Source: Cupriavidus necator
Lineage (GTDB): Bacteria > Pseudomonadota > Gammaproteobacteria > Burkholderiales > Burkholderiaceae
DNA: 32,000 bases
NCBI RefSeq assembly: GCF_016127575.1
Contig: NZ_CP066020.1
Span: forward strand, 90,001 to 122,000
Direction: 5' to 3'
This document shows, piece after piece, positions 1-9,166 of this stretch. The notes under the pieces were generated by a model. It made no database searches, was not told the DNA's origin, and saw nothing but the letters and a program-made list of their open reading frames with translations. Position numbers and translations under genes: made by a program. Positions within the stretch are counted from its first letter, which is position 1, and every line of letters begins with the position of its first letter.

Positions 1-840
1 GGCGACGAATTCATGGCGCCGTTCCACAAGGCCGCCCGCGGCGAAATCGATAACTTCGTGCTGGTGCTTGAAGGGTCCATTCCCAATGAGCGCATCAACG
101 GCGAGGGCTATTGGGCGGCGATGGGCACCGACCCCCAGACCCACCAGCCCATCACGATTCCCGAATGGCTGGACCGGCTCGCGCCCAAGGCGCTGGCCGT
201 GGTGGGGGCGGGCACTTGCGCCACCTATGGCGGCATCCACGCCATGGAAGGCAATCCAACCGGCTGCATGGGCCTGGCGGACTACCTCGGCTGGCAGTGG
301 AAATCCCGTGCCGGCCTGCCCATCGTGAACGTCCCGGGCTGCCCCGTGCAGCCTGATAACTTCATGGAAACGCTGCTGTACCTCTTGTACCAGCTGGCGG
401 GCCTCGCGCCGATGATCCCGCTGGACGAGGCGCTGCGCCCGAAATGGCTCTTCACGCGCACCGTGCACGATGGCTGCGATCGCGCCGGCTCGTACGAGCA
501 GGCCATCTTCGCCACCGAGTACGGCAACCCGAACTGCATTGTCAAGCTTGGCTGCTGGGGGCCGGTGGTGCAATGCAACGTACCAAAGCGGGGCTGGATC
601 GCCGGCGTCGGCGGGTGTCCCAACGTGGGCGGGATCTGCATCGGCTGCACCATGCCGGGCTTCCCGGACAAGTTCATGCCGTTCATGGATGCGCCGCCTG
701 GAGCCGTGCTGTCGTCGAACCTGATCAAGAGCTACGGCCCGCTGATTCGCAGCCTGCGCAAGCTGACCAAGGACACGCTCAACGATGAGCCGAAGTGGCG
801 GCACAACCAGCCAGTTCTCACTACCGGCTACCGCGGATAA
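1..840 (+). CDS. hofK: [NiFe]-hydrogenase small subunit, group 1h/5 (actinobacterial-type, AH); 5' end lies outside the window
   Basis: Frame 1 is open from nt 1 (GDEF precedes the first Met at 13). It carries FeS-ligand Cys motifs typical of small subunits: GTCATYGG, PGCPVQPDN, KLGCWGPVVQCN, GGICIGCTMPGFPDKF. TAA at 838-840. It sits 37 nt upstream of the large subunit gene. Confidence 0.9.
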   Translation, partial: GDEFMAPFHKAARGEIDNFVLVLEGSIPNERINGEGYWAAMGTDPQTHQPITIPEWLDRLAPKALAVVGAGTCATYGGIHAMEGNPTGCMGLADYLGWQWKSRAGLPIVNVPGCPVQPDNFMETLLYLLYQLAGLAPMIPLDEALRPKWLFTRTVHDGCDRAGSYEQAIFATEYGNPNCIVKLGCWGPVVQCNVPKRGWIAGVGGCPNVGGICIGCTMPGFPDKFMPFMDAPPGAVLSSNLIKSYGPLIRSLRKLTKDTLNDEPKWRHNQPVLTTGYRG

Positions 841-877
841 GCGGCGGGAACGCGCATTCTAAGATTTGGAGGTGGTC

Positions 878-2689
878 ATGGCCACAATCGCTGCTCCTGG
901 TGCCAGGCCGCGCGCCCAAGCCGCGCCGGGCAAGCTGGTCGAGATGAACTGGGATCCGATCACCCGGATCGTCGGCAGCCTCGGCATCTATACCAAGATT
1001 GATTTCGAGAACCGCCGCGTGGCCGAATGCTACAGCACGTCGTCCATCTTCCGCGGCTACAGCATCTTCATGAAGGGCAAGGATCCGCGCGATTCCCACT
1101 TCATCACCAGCCGCATCTGCGGCATCTGCGGCGACAACCACGCCACCTGCTCGGTCTACGCGCAGAACATGGCCTATGGGGTGAAGCCGCCGCCCATCGC
1201 GGATTGGATCATCAACCTGGGCGAGGCGGCCGAATACATGTTCGACCACAACATCTTTCAGGACAACCTGGTCGGCGTGGATTTCTGCGAGCAAATGGTC
1301 CGCGAGACCAACCCCGGCGTGTGGGAGAAGGCGAAGACCGCAGAGGCGCCGCACGCGGCCGAGCATGGCTATCGCACTATTGCGGACATCATGACGGCGC
1401 TCAACCCGTTTACCGGGGAGTTCTACCGCGAGACATTGCTGGTCAGCCGGTATACGCGCGAGATGTTCTGCCTGATGGAAGGACGCCACGTGCACCCGTC
1501 CACGCTCTATCCCGGCGGGGTGGGCACCGTGCCGACCATCCAGCTGTTTACCGACTACATCACGCGCCTGATGAAGTACGTTGAATTCATGAAAAAGGTG
1601 GTGCCGCTGCACGACGACCTGTTCGACTTCTTCTATGAAGCACTGCCGGGCTACGAGGAGGTGGGCCGGCGCCGAATCCTGCTCGGCTGCTGGGGATCGT
1701 TCCAGGATCCGAACGTCTGCGACTACAACTACCGCACCATGACCAAATGGGGGCGCGGGATGTTCGTCACGCCCGGCGTGGTGGTCGACGGCGAACTCCT
1801 CACGACGGACCTGGTCGACATCAACCTTAATATCCGCATCCTGCTCGGCAGTTCGTTTTACCAGGACTGGGATCATGAGGAAACCTCCGTCAAGAACGAC
1901 CCGCTCGGTAACGCGGTGGACCGCAAGCACCCGTGGAACCAGACCACGCTGCCGCGCCCGCAGAAGCGCAACTTCGGCGGCAACTACACCTGGGTGATGT
2001 CGCCGCGGTGGCTGGACAAGCGCACCGGCGACCATCTCGCGCTGGATACCGGCGGCGGGCCGATCGCGCGGCTATGGGCCACCGCGCTGGCGGGGCTGGT
2101 CGATATCGGATACATCAAGTCCACCGGCCACAGTGTCAAGATCTACCTGCCGAGGACCGCGCTTAAGCCGGAAGCCGAGTTCGAGTGGAAGATCCCGATG
2201 TGGAGCAACGCCATCGAGCGCGATCGGGCTCGCACCTACTTCCAGGCTTACTCGGCGGCGGCTGCGCTGTACTTCGCGGAACAGGCCCTGGCCGAGCTGC
2301 ATGCAGGCCGCACCCGCACGTTCACCGATTTCAAGGTGCCCGACGAGGCAATCGGCTGCGGCTTCCATGAGGCGGTACGCGGCGTGCTCTCGCACCACCT
2401 GGTCATCCGCGACGGCAAGATCGCCAATTATCATCCGTATCCGCCGACCCCATGGAACGCGAGCCCGCGCGACATCTACGGCACGCCCGGTCCCTACGAG
2501 GACGCGGTGCAGAACACGCCGATCTTCGAAGAGAACGGGCCCGAGAAGTTCAAGGGTATCGACATCATGCGCGCGGTGCGCAGCTTCGACCCTTGCCTGC
2601 CGTGTGGCGTGCATATGTACGTGGGCAACGGCAAGACCATCGAGCAGTCGCATTCTCCGACCTTCGGCGTGATGGCGGGGGCGCACTGA
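878..2689 (+). CDS. hofG: [NiFe]-hydrogenase large subunit, group 1h/5 (AH)
   Basis: GGAGG at 868-872 followed by ATG 878; the track's TTG at 866 lies inside the SD, so it is unlikely. N-terminal Ni-Fe ligand motif TSRICGICGDNH and C-terminal SFDPCLPCGVH, followed by a 24-aa extension (MYVGNG...MAGAH) that is the expected endopeptidase substrate. Confidence 0.93.
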   Translation: MATIAAPGARPRAQAAPGKLVEMNWDPITRIVGSLGIYTKIDFENRRVAECYSTSSIFRGYSIFMKGKDPRDSHFITSRICGICGDNHATCSVYAQNMAYGVKPPPIADWIINLGEAAEYMFDHNIFQDNLVGVDFCEQMVRETNPGVWEKAKTAEAPHAAEHGYRTIADIMTALNPFTGEFYRETLLVSRYTREMFCLMEGRHVHPSTLYPGGVGTVPTIQLFTDYITRLMKYVEFMKKVVPLHDDLFDFFYEALPGYEEVGRRRILLGCWGSFQDPNVCDYNYRTMTKWGRGMFVTPGVVVDGELLTTDLVDINLNIRILLGSSFYQDWDHEETSVKNDPLGNAVDRKHPWNQTTLPRPQKRNFGGNYTWVMSPRWLDKRTGDHLALDTGGGPIARLWATALAGLVDIGYIKSTGHSVKIYLPRTALKPEAEFEWKIPMWSNAIERDRARTYFQAYSAAAALYFAEQALAELHAGRTRTFTDFKVPDEAIGCGFHEAVRGVLSHHLVIRDGKIANYHPYPPTPWNASPRDIYGTPGPYEDAVQNTPIFEENGPEKFKGIDIMRAVRSFDPCLPCGVHMYVGNGKTIEQSHSPTFGVMAGAH

Positions 2690-3267
2690 TGAGCGGTGCC
2701 CGCACGGTCCAGGCGCAGCAGCAGCGCATCGAGGCGATGATCGCGGCACTGGAGAGCGTGGACGACAACCAGGCCAGCGCACTCGCGAGGGAACTGCTGC
2801 GGGTGGTGCTTGATCTGCATGCGGGCGGGCTCGCGCGGGTGATGGAGATCGTTTCCATGGCGGGCATCCAGGACAATCCGGTCGTCGAAGCACTGGTACG
2901 GGACCCTGCAGTCTGCGCACTGCTCAACCTGCACGGCCTGCATCCGCACGACCTGCCCACACGCGTGGCGCGCGCGGTGGAGCACATGCGGGCCGCGCTG
3001 GGCACCCAGGGCGTGACGATCGAACTGCGCGATGCCGCCGAGGAAGCCGTGCGCGTGCAGGTGTCAGGGCGGCTGCAAGGCAAGCACGCGTCGCCCGAGT
3101 CGCTGCGGCAAGAGATCGAGCAGGCCATCTTCGAGCAGGCGCCGGAAGTGGTGCGTGTCGAGATCGCCGGATTGGCCGACATCGACGTGCACGAACTGCG
3201 CTTTGTCCCGGCCAGGGAGATGCGCGGCCCGGACAGGCAAGGCCGGGTCGGGGGTGGCCAGCCATGA
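2689..3267 (+). CDS. Conserved hydrogenase-cluster protein of unknown function; NifU-C-terminal-like repeats that lack the CxxC pair
   Basis: ATG 2689 overlaps the hofG stop (TGATG). The upstream part of ORF 2452..3267 lies out of frame inside hofG. Two segments resemble the NifU C-terminal pattern by eye (LARELLRVVLDLHAGGLARVMEI; VEHMRAALGTQGVTIELRD..VRVQVSGRLQGKHAS..LRQEIEQAIFEQAPEV). The protein has only one Cys. Confidence 0.7.
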   Translation: MSGARTVQAQQQRIEAMIAALESVDDNQASALARELLRVVLDLHAGGLARVMEIVSMAGIQDNPVVEALVRDPAVCALLNLHGLHPHDLPTRVARAVEHMRAALGTQGVTIELRDAAEEAVRVQVSGRLQGKHASPESLRQEIEQAIFEQAPEVVRVEIAGLADIDVHELRFVPAREMRGPDRQGRVGGGQP

Positions 3268-3926
3268 GCGCGGGACCGTTCCCCGAGGCGCGGACCGGCG
3301 TACAGGGGTGCGGCGGCTGGGTGGCGCGCCTGCGCCAGTTCACGCGCAAGGCCGACTACGCGCAATGCGAGCTGTGCGGCGCGTCCATCGTCGCGGACCA
3401 TGCCCATCTGTTCGACACCACGCGGCGCCAATTGCACTGCTGCTGCCGGGCATGCGCGCTGCTGTTCGGCAGCCAGCAGGGATCCCGCTATCGCCCGGTG
3501 CCACGAGCAGGCCGCTATCTGGATGGGTTCCGGATGAGCGACGCACAGTGGGACGCGCTGGCGATCCCCATCGACGTGGCGTTCTTCTTCGTTGACTCGG
3601 GGGCCGCGCACGTCGTCGCGCTCTATCCGGGGCCGGCCGGTGGCACGCGCTCGCAGCTCGGCCTGGCGGCCTGGGACGACCTCGTTGCCGACAATCCCGA
3701 CCTCACGCGCATGCGTCCCGACGTGGAAGCGCTGCTCGTCTATCGCGCGCAAGGCGCCAGGGACTATTTCCTCGCGCCCATCGACCAGTGCTATGCGCTG
3801 ACCGGGCTGATCCGCGCGCGCTGGCGCGGCCTGTCGGGGGGCAAGCCGGCGTGGGAGGCGATCCGGGGCTTCGTTGCCGCGCTCAAGGCAACGGGCCGCG
3901 TGCCGGAGGGCCTGCTCCATGCCTGA
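3264..3926 (+). CDS. Conserved hydrogenase-cluster protein of unknown function with a Cys cluster (DUF5947-like by recollection)
   Basis: ATGA start/stop overlap at 3264-3267. High GC3. Motif QCELCG-x22-CCCRAC near the N-terminus. Confidence 0.75.
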   Translation: MSAGPFPEARTGVQGCGGWVARLRQFTRKADYAQCELCGASIVADHAHLFDTTRRQLHCCCRACALLFGSQQGSRYRPVPRAGRYLDGFRMSDAQWDALAIPIDVAFFFVDSGAAHVVALYPGPAGGTRSQLGLAAWDDLVADNPDLTRMRPDVEALLVYRAQGARDYFLAPIDQCYALTGLIRARWRGLSGGKPAWEAIRGFVAALKATGRVPEGLLHA

Positions 3927-4566
3927 CCTAACGTTCAGCATCAGCGCGGCCGAGGTGGCGCCGTTCGCCGCCGTGCCGCTGCTGCTGTTCAAGCTGCAGA
4001 TCGCGAACGCGCCCGCCGGCGAGGAGATCGCCAGCATCACGCTGCAATGCCAGATCCAGATCGAGGCGACCCGGCGCCGCTATGCGCCCGCCGAGCACGA
4101 TGGCCTGCAAGACCTGTTCGGCGTGCCGCAACGCTGGACGCAGACCCTGCGCACGATGCTGTGGACGCATGCAACCGTGATCGTGCCAGCGTTCTCGGGC
4201 ACCTGCGTCATCGACCTGCTCGTGCCGTGCAGCTTCGACTTCAACATCGCGGCGACCAAGTACTGCCATGCGCTGCAGGACGGCGAGATCCCGCTAATGC
4301 TGCAGTTCAGCGGCACCGTCTTCTATCGCAACGCGGACGACGCGCTGCAGGCGGCGCCCGTGCCCTGGCACAAAGAGGCCGCGTTCCGGCTGCCGGTGGC
4401 GGTGTGGCACGACATGATGGCGCGCTATTACCCGAACGGCGCCTGGCTGTGCCTGCAGCGCGAAGTCTTCGACCGGCTCGGCCGCTACAAGGCGCAGCAG
4501 GGCCTGGCGACCTGGGAGCGGGCGCTGGACGCGCTGCTCGACGGCGCCGAGGAGAAGGCATCGTGA
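3919..4566 (+). CDS. Conserved hydrogenase-cluster protein of unknown function (DUF6084-like by recollection)
   Basis: The internal ATG at 3919 (MPDLTFSISAAEV...) gives an 8-nt overlap with the preceding stop (3924-3926). The track start at 3874 would add an Arg-rich leader that overlaps the upstream gene. Confidence 0.7.
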   Translation: MPDLTFSISAAEVAPFAAVPLLLFKLQIANAPAGEEIASITLQCQIQIEATRRRYAPAEHDGLQDLFGVPQRWTQTLRTMLWTHATVIVPAFSGTCVIDLLVPCSFDFNIAATKYCHALQDGEIPLMLQFSGTVFYRNADDALQAAPVPWHKEAAFRLPVAVWHDMMARYYPNGAWLCLQREVFDRLGRYKAQQGLATWERALDALLDGAEEKAS

Positions 4567-5993
4567 ACCAGGTCGACAGCGTGATCCAGGCGGTGCTCTA
4601 CGAGGGCTACATGCTGTATCCCTACCGGGCGTCGGCGGTCAAGAACCGCCAGCGCTGGACGTTCGGCGGCGTCTATCCGCGCGCGTATTCGGTGGCGTCG
4701 GGCAGCGATCCCTGGATGACGCAGACCGAATGCCTGCTGTGCGGCGACGCCGATGCACGTGTCACGGTGGCACCCGGGTTCCTGCAGGTCGCCGACCGGA
4801 CCGTGCTGGCCGCGTCGGAGGACCTCTCGGAAGGCGGCACCGGAAACACAACTCCGTGGCGGGTGGTGCCGGTGCTGGACGTCGACGATCGCCGCTTTCA
4901 TCCGTGGCAGGAAGCCGTCGAGCGGCGGCTTGCGCTGCCGTCCATGCGGCTGGGCGAGCTGCTGGATGCGTCTCGGATCGAACCGTTCGCCTTTGCCGGG
5001 AGCGCCGAGATCGAGTTGCTGGCCGATCGCGAAGGCGTGGCACGCGGCGCGCTGCGCCGCACGCATGCCGCGCTCGTCGGCCATGTGGGGGTGGGCGCCG
5101 AGCGGGTCGATGACCGCGTGTGCAGGCTCACCGCCCGCATCGTCAACCTGACGCCGCTGGCGGACGCAGGGGCGCTCACGCGGGACGCCGCGTCGGTGTA
5201 TGCGCTGGTATCGTGCCACATGGTACTGTCCCTGGAGCAAGGCTGGTTCCTGTCGTCGATGGATCCGCCTCGCGCGCTCGCCGAGGCGTCGGCAGCGTGC
5301 CGCAACATCGGCACATGGCCCGTGCTGGTCGGTCAGGACGGGGAAGAGGGCGAGGGCGGGCATCGCACGATGCTGGCGTCGCCGATCATCCTCTACGATT
5401 TCCCGCAGATCGCGCCCGAGAGTGCCGGCGACCTGTTCGACGCCACCGAGATCGACGAAATCCTGACGCTGCGCATCCTCGCCATGACCGACGACGAGAA
5501 GCGCGAGATGGCCGCCACCGACGAGCGCGCGCGCGCGCTGCTGGCGCGCACCGAGCAGCTCGGGACGCAGCAGTTGCAGAAGCTGCACGGCGCCATGCGC
5601 CACATCCGCGGGGGCGCGGAATTGACCGAGGTGCCGGACCTGTCCGGCGATCCCGGCGCGCTGAACGAATCCGGCACGCCTTCTTCGCCATGGGCTGGCC
5701 TTGATGCAGGCCCGCGCCTGGCCTGCCTGCGGGTCGGTGGCATGGAGATTCGGGTGGGCGACCACGTTCGGCTCCGGCCGCGCTCGCGTGCGGACATCTT
5801 CGACATGGCCCTGAACGGCCAGTTGGCCACCATCGAATCCATCGAGCGCGATCTCGAAGATCGCGTGCACGTGGCCGTGACCGTCGACTGTGACCCCGGC
5901 AAGGACTTTGGGCTCGCGCGCATGCCGGGACATCGCTTCTTCTTCCGCCCGGACGAGATAGAGCCGCTGGGCGGTGCGGAGGCACAGGCATGA
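4563..5993 (+). CDS. Conserved hydrogenase-cluster protein of unknown function (476 aa)
   Basis: GTG 4563 overlaps the upstream stop (GTGA). The protein begins VNQVDSVIQAVLYEGYMLYPYR. The 5' part of ORF 4047..5993 is Arg/Ala-rich out-of-frame read-through of the previous gene. The acidic central region is followed by a segment (GGMEIRVGDHVRLRP...) that I read, speculatively, as beta-rich. Confidence 0.7.
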   Translation: MNQVDSVIQAVLYEGYMLYPYRASAVKNRQRWTFGGVYPRAYSVASGSDPWMTQTECLLCGDADARVTVAPGFLQVADRTVLAASEDLSEGGTGNTTPWRVVPVLDVDDRRFHPWQEAVERRLALPSMRLGELLDASRIEPFAFAGSAEIELLADREGVARGALRRTHAALVGHVGVGAERVDDRVCRLTARIVNLTPLADAGALTRDAASVYALVSCHMVLSLEQGWFLSSMDPPRALAEASAACRNIGTWPVLVGQDGEEGEGGHRTMLASPIILYDFPQIAPESAGDLFDATEIDEILTLRILAMTDDEKREMAATDERARALLARTEQLGTQQLQKLHGAMRHIRGGAELTEVPDLSGDPGALNESGTPSSPWAGLDAGPRLACLRVGGMEIRVGDHVRLRPRSRADIFDMALNGQLATIESIERDLEDRVHVAVTVDCDPGKDFGLARMPGHRFFFRPDEIEPLGGAEAQA

Positions 5994-6541
5994 GCGGCAT
6001 CCTGGTCGCGGGCATCGGCAATGTATTCCTCGGCGACGACGGCTTTGGGGTCGAAGTGGTGCAGCGCCTCGGCGCCCGCCAGGCCGCGCATGCCTTGCCG
6101 CCGTTTCCCGAAGGCGTAGTGGTGGCCGACTTCGGCATCCGCGGCATCGACCTGTGCTACGCGTTGCTCGACGGGGTGGACGCCGCCATCCTGGTCGATG
6201 CCACGCAACGCGGCGGGGCGCCCGGCAGCCTCTATGTGATCGAGTTGCCGATGGACGCGCAGGACGGCGACGGCGCTGGCGATCCGTACGCGTCACCTGT
6301 GCTGATGTCGCCGCATGAGATGAATCCGGCCCTCGTGCTGCGGGCGCTGCGGATGATGGGCGGCACTTGCGCGGACGTTGTGGTGATCGGCTGCGAGCCC
6401 GCCGACTTCGGGCTCGGCGAGGGCGAAGAGGGCCGGCTCGGCCTGAGCGAGCCGGTGGCGGCAGCGGTGGACCGCGCCGTTGCAATGGTCGAGGCAATGG
6501 TCGGGCGCAAGGCCGAGCAATTGTATGGACGGCCGGCGTAG
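5990..6541 (+). CDS. [NiFe]-hydrogenase maturation endopeptidase (HupD/HoxM/HybD family), presumably specific for HofG
   Basis: ATGA overlap at 5990-5993. The N-terminus ILVAGIGNVFLGDDGFG is the family signature. Size is 183 aa. Confidence 0.88.
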   Translation: MSGILVAGIGNVFLGDDGFGVEVVQRLGARQAAHALPPFPEGVVVADFGIRGIDLCYALLDGVDAAILVDATQRGGAPGSLYVIELPMDAQDGDGAGDPYASPVLMSPHEMNPALVLRALRMMGGTCADVVVIGCEPADFGLGEGEEGRLGLSEPVAAAVDRAVAMVEAMVGRKAEQLYGRPA

Positions 6542-6575
6542 GCGCGGTGGTCGTGTTCCTTGTGCAGGAGGCATC

Positions 6576-6677
6576 ATGAAAGGCTTTCTCAAGTACCTGG
6601 TCCTGCCGGCGCTGGTGGTCGCGCTGTTGGCCAATATAAAGGACATCCGGCGTTATATCCGGATACGCAGCATGTAG
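6576..6677 (+). CDS. 33-codon micro-ORF: predicted single-pass membrane peptide with a basic tail
   Basis: AGGAGG at 6566-6571, five nt upstream of ATG 6576. Product is MKGFLKYLVLPALVVALLANIKDIRRYIRIRSM. 26 of 33 codons end in G/C (my count), as in the flanking genes. It fills the protease-hypF3 gap. No homology check was possible. Confidence 0.5.
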   Translation: MKGFLKYLVLPALVVALLANIKDIRRYIRIRSM

Positions 6678-6706
6678 CTGCGCATCGCGCAGACCAAAGG
6701 CACGCC

Positions 6707-9166
6707 ATGCAAGCCTGTGCACTGCCAGTCCGGGACCGGTCCGCCGCGGTACGGCCACGCGGCGAGGAGATCCGCGTGCGCGGCATGGTGCAGGGGGTCG
6801 GGTTCCGGCCCACCGTATGGCGGCTCGCACACGATTGCGGGCTGTCCGGCTCCGTGCGCAACGACAGCGATGGCGTGCAGATCCGCGCCTGGGGCGACGC
6901 CGTGGCGCTGGACCGCTTCATTGCGCGGCTGCGGGACGAGTGCCCGCCCCTCGCGCGCATCGACGCCATCGAGCGCCGCGTCCTGGCGCAGGATGCCGAG
7001 GGCGCGGACCTGGGTGGCTTTCGCATTGTTGCCAGCGTGGGCGGGCCGGTGCGGACCGGCGTGGTACCGGACGCCGTGGTCTGTAGTGCCTGCATCGCCG
7101 ATATCGGCGACCCGCTGAACCGGCGCTATCGCTATCCGTTTGCCAACTGCACGCATTGCGGCCCGCGCCTGTCGATCGTGCGCGCGATTCCCTACGACCG
7201 CGCCAACACGGCCATGGCCGCGTTCCCGATGTGCCCGGCGTGCCTTGCCGAGTATGAAGACCCGGCCGACCGCCGCTTCCACGCGCAGCCGCTGGCCTGC
7301 GCGGCCTGCGGACCCCACGTGTGGCTCGAGCACACAGGCGGGCCGCTGGCCGCCGGCCCAGACGACGCGATCCGCGCGGCGTGGGCGCTCCTGCGCGACG
7401 GCGGGATCGTCGCCATCAAGGGCATCGGCGGGTTCCAGTTGGCCTGCGATGCCTGCAACCCCGTGGCGGTGGCGCGCCTGCGCCAGCGCAAGCGGCGCGA
7501 GCGCAAGCCGTTCGCACTGATGGCGCGCGACCTGGCGGTGATCCGCCAATACAGCGAGCCGACCGCGGCCGAATGTGGGTTGCTGCAAAGCCCGGCGGCA
7601 CCCATCGTGATCGTCCAGACGCGCAGCGACCGGCAGGGTGCGCCCCTGGCGCCCGACGTCGCGCCCGGCATCGCCGCGCTGGGGTTCATGCTGCCGGGCA
7701 CACCGCTGCACTGGCTGCTGATGGCGATGGCCGACCGCCCGATCGTGCTGACCAGCGGCAACGCCAGCGACGAGCCCCAGTGCACGGAGAACGCCGACGC
7801 GCGCATGCGCCTCGGCGCGATCGCCGATGCGTTCCTGATGCATGACCGTGACGTGGTCCGGCGCGTGGATGACTCAGTCGCGCGCGTCGTGCTGGACGTG
7901 CCCCGGGTGATGCGGCGCTCACGCGGATATGCGCCCGCGCCGCTGCCGTTGCCGCCGGGCTTCGCTGCCGCGGCGCCGGTGCTGGCCATGGGCGGCGAGC
8001 TCAAGAACACGTTCTGCCTGATGCGCGCGGGCGAGGCCATCTTGTCCCACCATATGGGCGACCTGGAAGACGCGCTGACCCATGCCGACTACCGCCGCGC
8101 GCTGACGCAATACATGGCGTTGTTCGAGCATGGCCCGCATCTGGTCGCGGTGGACATGCATCCCGAATACCTGTCCGGCAAGATCGGCCGCGACCTGGCA
8201 CGGCAGGGGCAGCTGCCGGTTGCGCAGGTGCAGCATCATCACGCGCATATCGCCGCGTGCATGGCGGAGAACCGCGTGGCCCTGGCCGCCGGCCCCGTAC
8301 TGGGCGTGGCGCTGGATGGCATCGGGTACGGTGTCGATGGCAGTCTATGGGGTGGCGAATTCCTGTTGGCGGACTACCGGGACTTCACGCGGCTGGCCTG
8401 CTTCAAGCCCGTGGGGATGCCCGGCGGTGAGCGCGCGATCCACCAGCCGTGGCGCAATACCTACGCACATCTGGCCGCCGCGGTCGGGTGGGATACCCTG
8501 ATCGCCCGGCATGCCAGCCTGGCGCTTGTACGCTTCCTGGCAACGCGCCCGCGCGAGGTACTGGACGCCATGCTTACGCGCAGCATCAACAGCCCGCTGG
8601 CCAGCTCGGCCGGGCGGCTGTTCGATGCGGTGGCGGCGGCCGCTGGCGTCTGTCCCGAGCGGGCATGCTACGAGGGGCAGGCCGCCATGGAGTTCGAAGC
8701 GCTGGCCGATCGCCGCACGCTGAGCGAGGAAGACGATGGCCGTGCCTATCCGTTCGCCATCGTGCCGGGCACGCCGGCCTGCCTGGAGCCGGGCCCGATG
8801 TGGGTGGCCCTGCTGGCTGACCTGGCGCGCGCTACGCCGGCGCCGCTGATCAGCGCGCGCTTCCACAAGGGGCTGGCGATCGCCATCGCGAGCATGGTCG
8901 CGTACCTGGCGGACTGCCCGGGCGCGGGGTGCCGCGCGGTGCCGGTGGCCCTGTCCGGCGGTGTGTTCCAGAACCGCATCCTGCTCGAACAGGTCGCCAC
9001 GCGGCTTTCCGCGCAAGGCCGCCGCGTGCTGACGCACAGCCAGGTACCCGCCAATGACGGCGGCCTCTCGTTCGGGCAGGCGGCCATCGCCGCCGCGCGG
9101 TCCCTGGGAGGCGCAGACGTTGCAGGCCAGGCAAACGCGGGCTATCGGAGTACAACATGTGCCTAG
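6707..9166 (+). CDS. hypF3: Carbamoyltransferase HypF, full length (acylphosphatase + 2 Zn fingers + YrdC-like + Kae1-like domains)
   Basis: [18 protein letters not shown] (acylphosphatase); [29 protein letters not shown] and [28 protein letters not shown] (Zn fingers); [17 protein letters not shown] (YrdC-like). The start at ATG 6707 is chosen over 6560, which would run through the micro-ORF. The exact start is uncertain. Confidence 0.9.
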   Translation: MQACALPVRDRSAAVRPRGEEIRVRGMVQGVGFRPTVWRLAHDCGLSGSVRNDSDGVQIRAWGDAVALDRFIARLRDECPPLARIDAIERRVLAQDAEGADLGGFRIVASVGGPVRTGVVPDAVVCSACIADIGDPLNRRYRYPFANCTHCGPRLSIVRAIPYDRANTAMAAFPMCPACLAEYEDPADRRFHAQPLACAACGPHVWLEHTGGPLAAGPDDAIRAAWALLRDGGIVAIKGIGGFQLACDACNPVAVARLRQRKRRERKPFALMARDLAVIRQYSEPTAAECGLLQSPAAPIVIVQTRSDRQGAPLAPDVAPGIAALGFMLPGTPLHWLLMAMADRPIVLTSGNASDEPQCTENADARMRLGAIADAFLMHDRDVVRRVDDSVARVVLDVPRVMRRSRGYAPAPLPLPPGFAAAAPVLAMGGELKNTFCLMRAGEAILSHHMGDLEDALTHADYRRALTQYMALFEHGPHLVAVDMHPEYLSGKIGRDLARQGQLPVAQVQHHHAHIAACMAENRVALAAGPVLGVALDGIGYGVDGSLWGGEFLLADYRDFTRLACFKPVGMPGGERAIHQPWRNTYAHLAAAVGWDTLIARHASLALVRFLATRPREVLDAMLTRSINSPLASSAGRLFDAVAAAAGVCPERACYEGQAAMEFEALADRRTLSEEDDGRAYPFAIVPGTPACLEPGPMWVALLADLARATPAPLISARFHKGLAIAIASMVAYLADCPGAGCRAVPVALSGGVFQNRILLEQVATRLSAQGRRVLTHSQVPANDGGLSFGQAAIAAARSLGGADVAGQANAGYRSTTCA

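Noticed and set aside
821-2035. 404-aa ORF on the - strand opposite the large-subunit gene. Similar long antisense or out-of-frame ORFs occur at 2565-4040, 4485-6830, 6653-7843, 19574-21253, 22661-24079, 26479-27780 and 27255-29648.
   Set aside because: Their products are Arg/Ala/Pro/Gly-rich and low complexity with no motifs. They overlap genes with strong family signatures on the other strand. In high-GC DNA stop codons are rare in non-coding frames, so such shadow ORFs are expected.
4047-4562. Upstream extensions of tracked ORFs: 4047 for the 476-aa gene, 2452 for the NifU-like gene, 3874, 6560 for hypF3, 10139 for hypD, 11331 for hypE, 12608 for hypB3, 22574 for hoxH and 27822 for hypF2.
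   Set aside because: The extensions are Arg-rich read-through of the preceding gene in another frame. Internal starts coincide with conserved protein N-termini and with overlap-type coupling (ATGA, GTGA, TGATG) or SD sequences.
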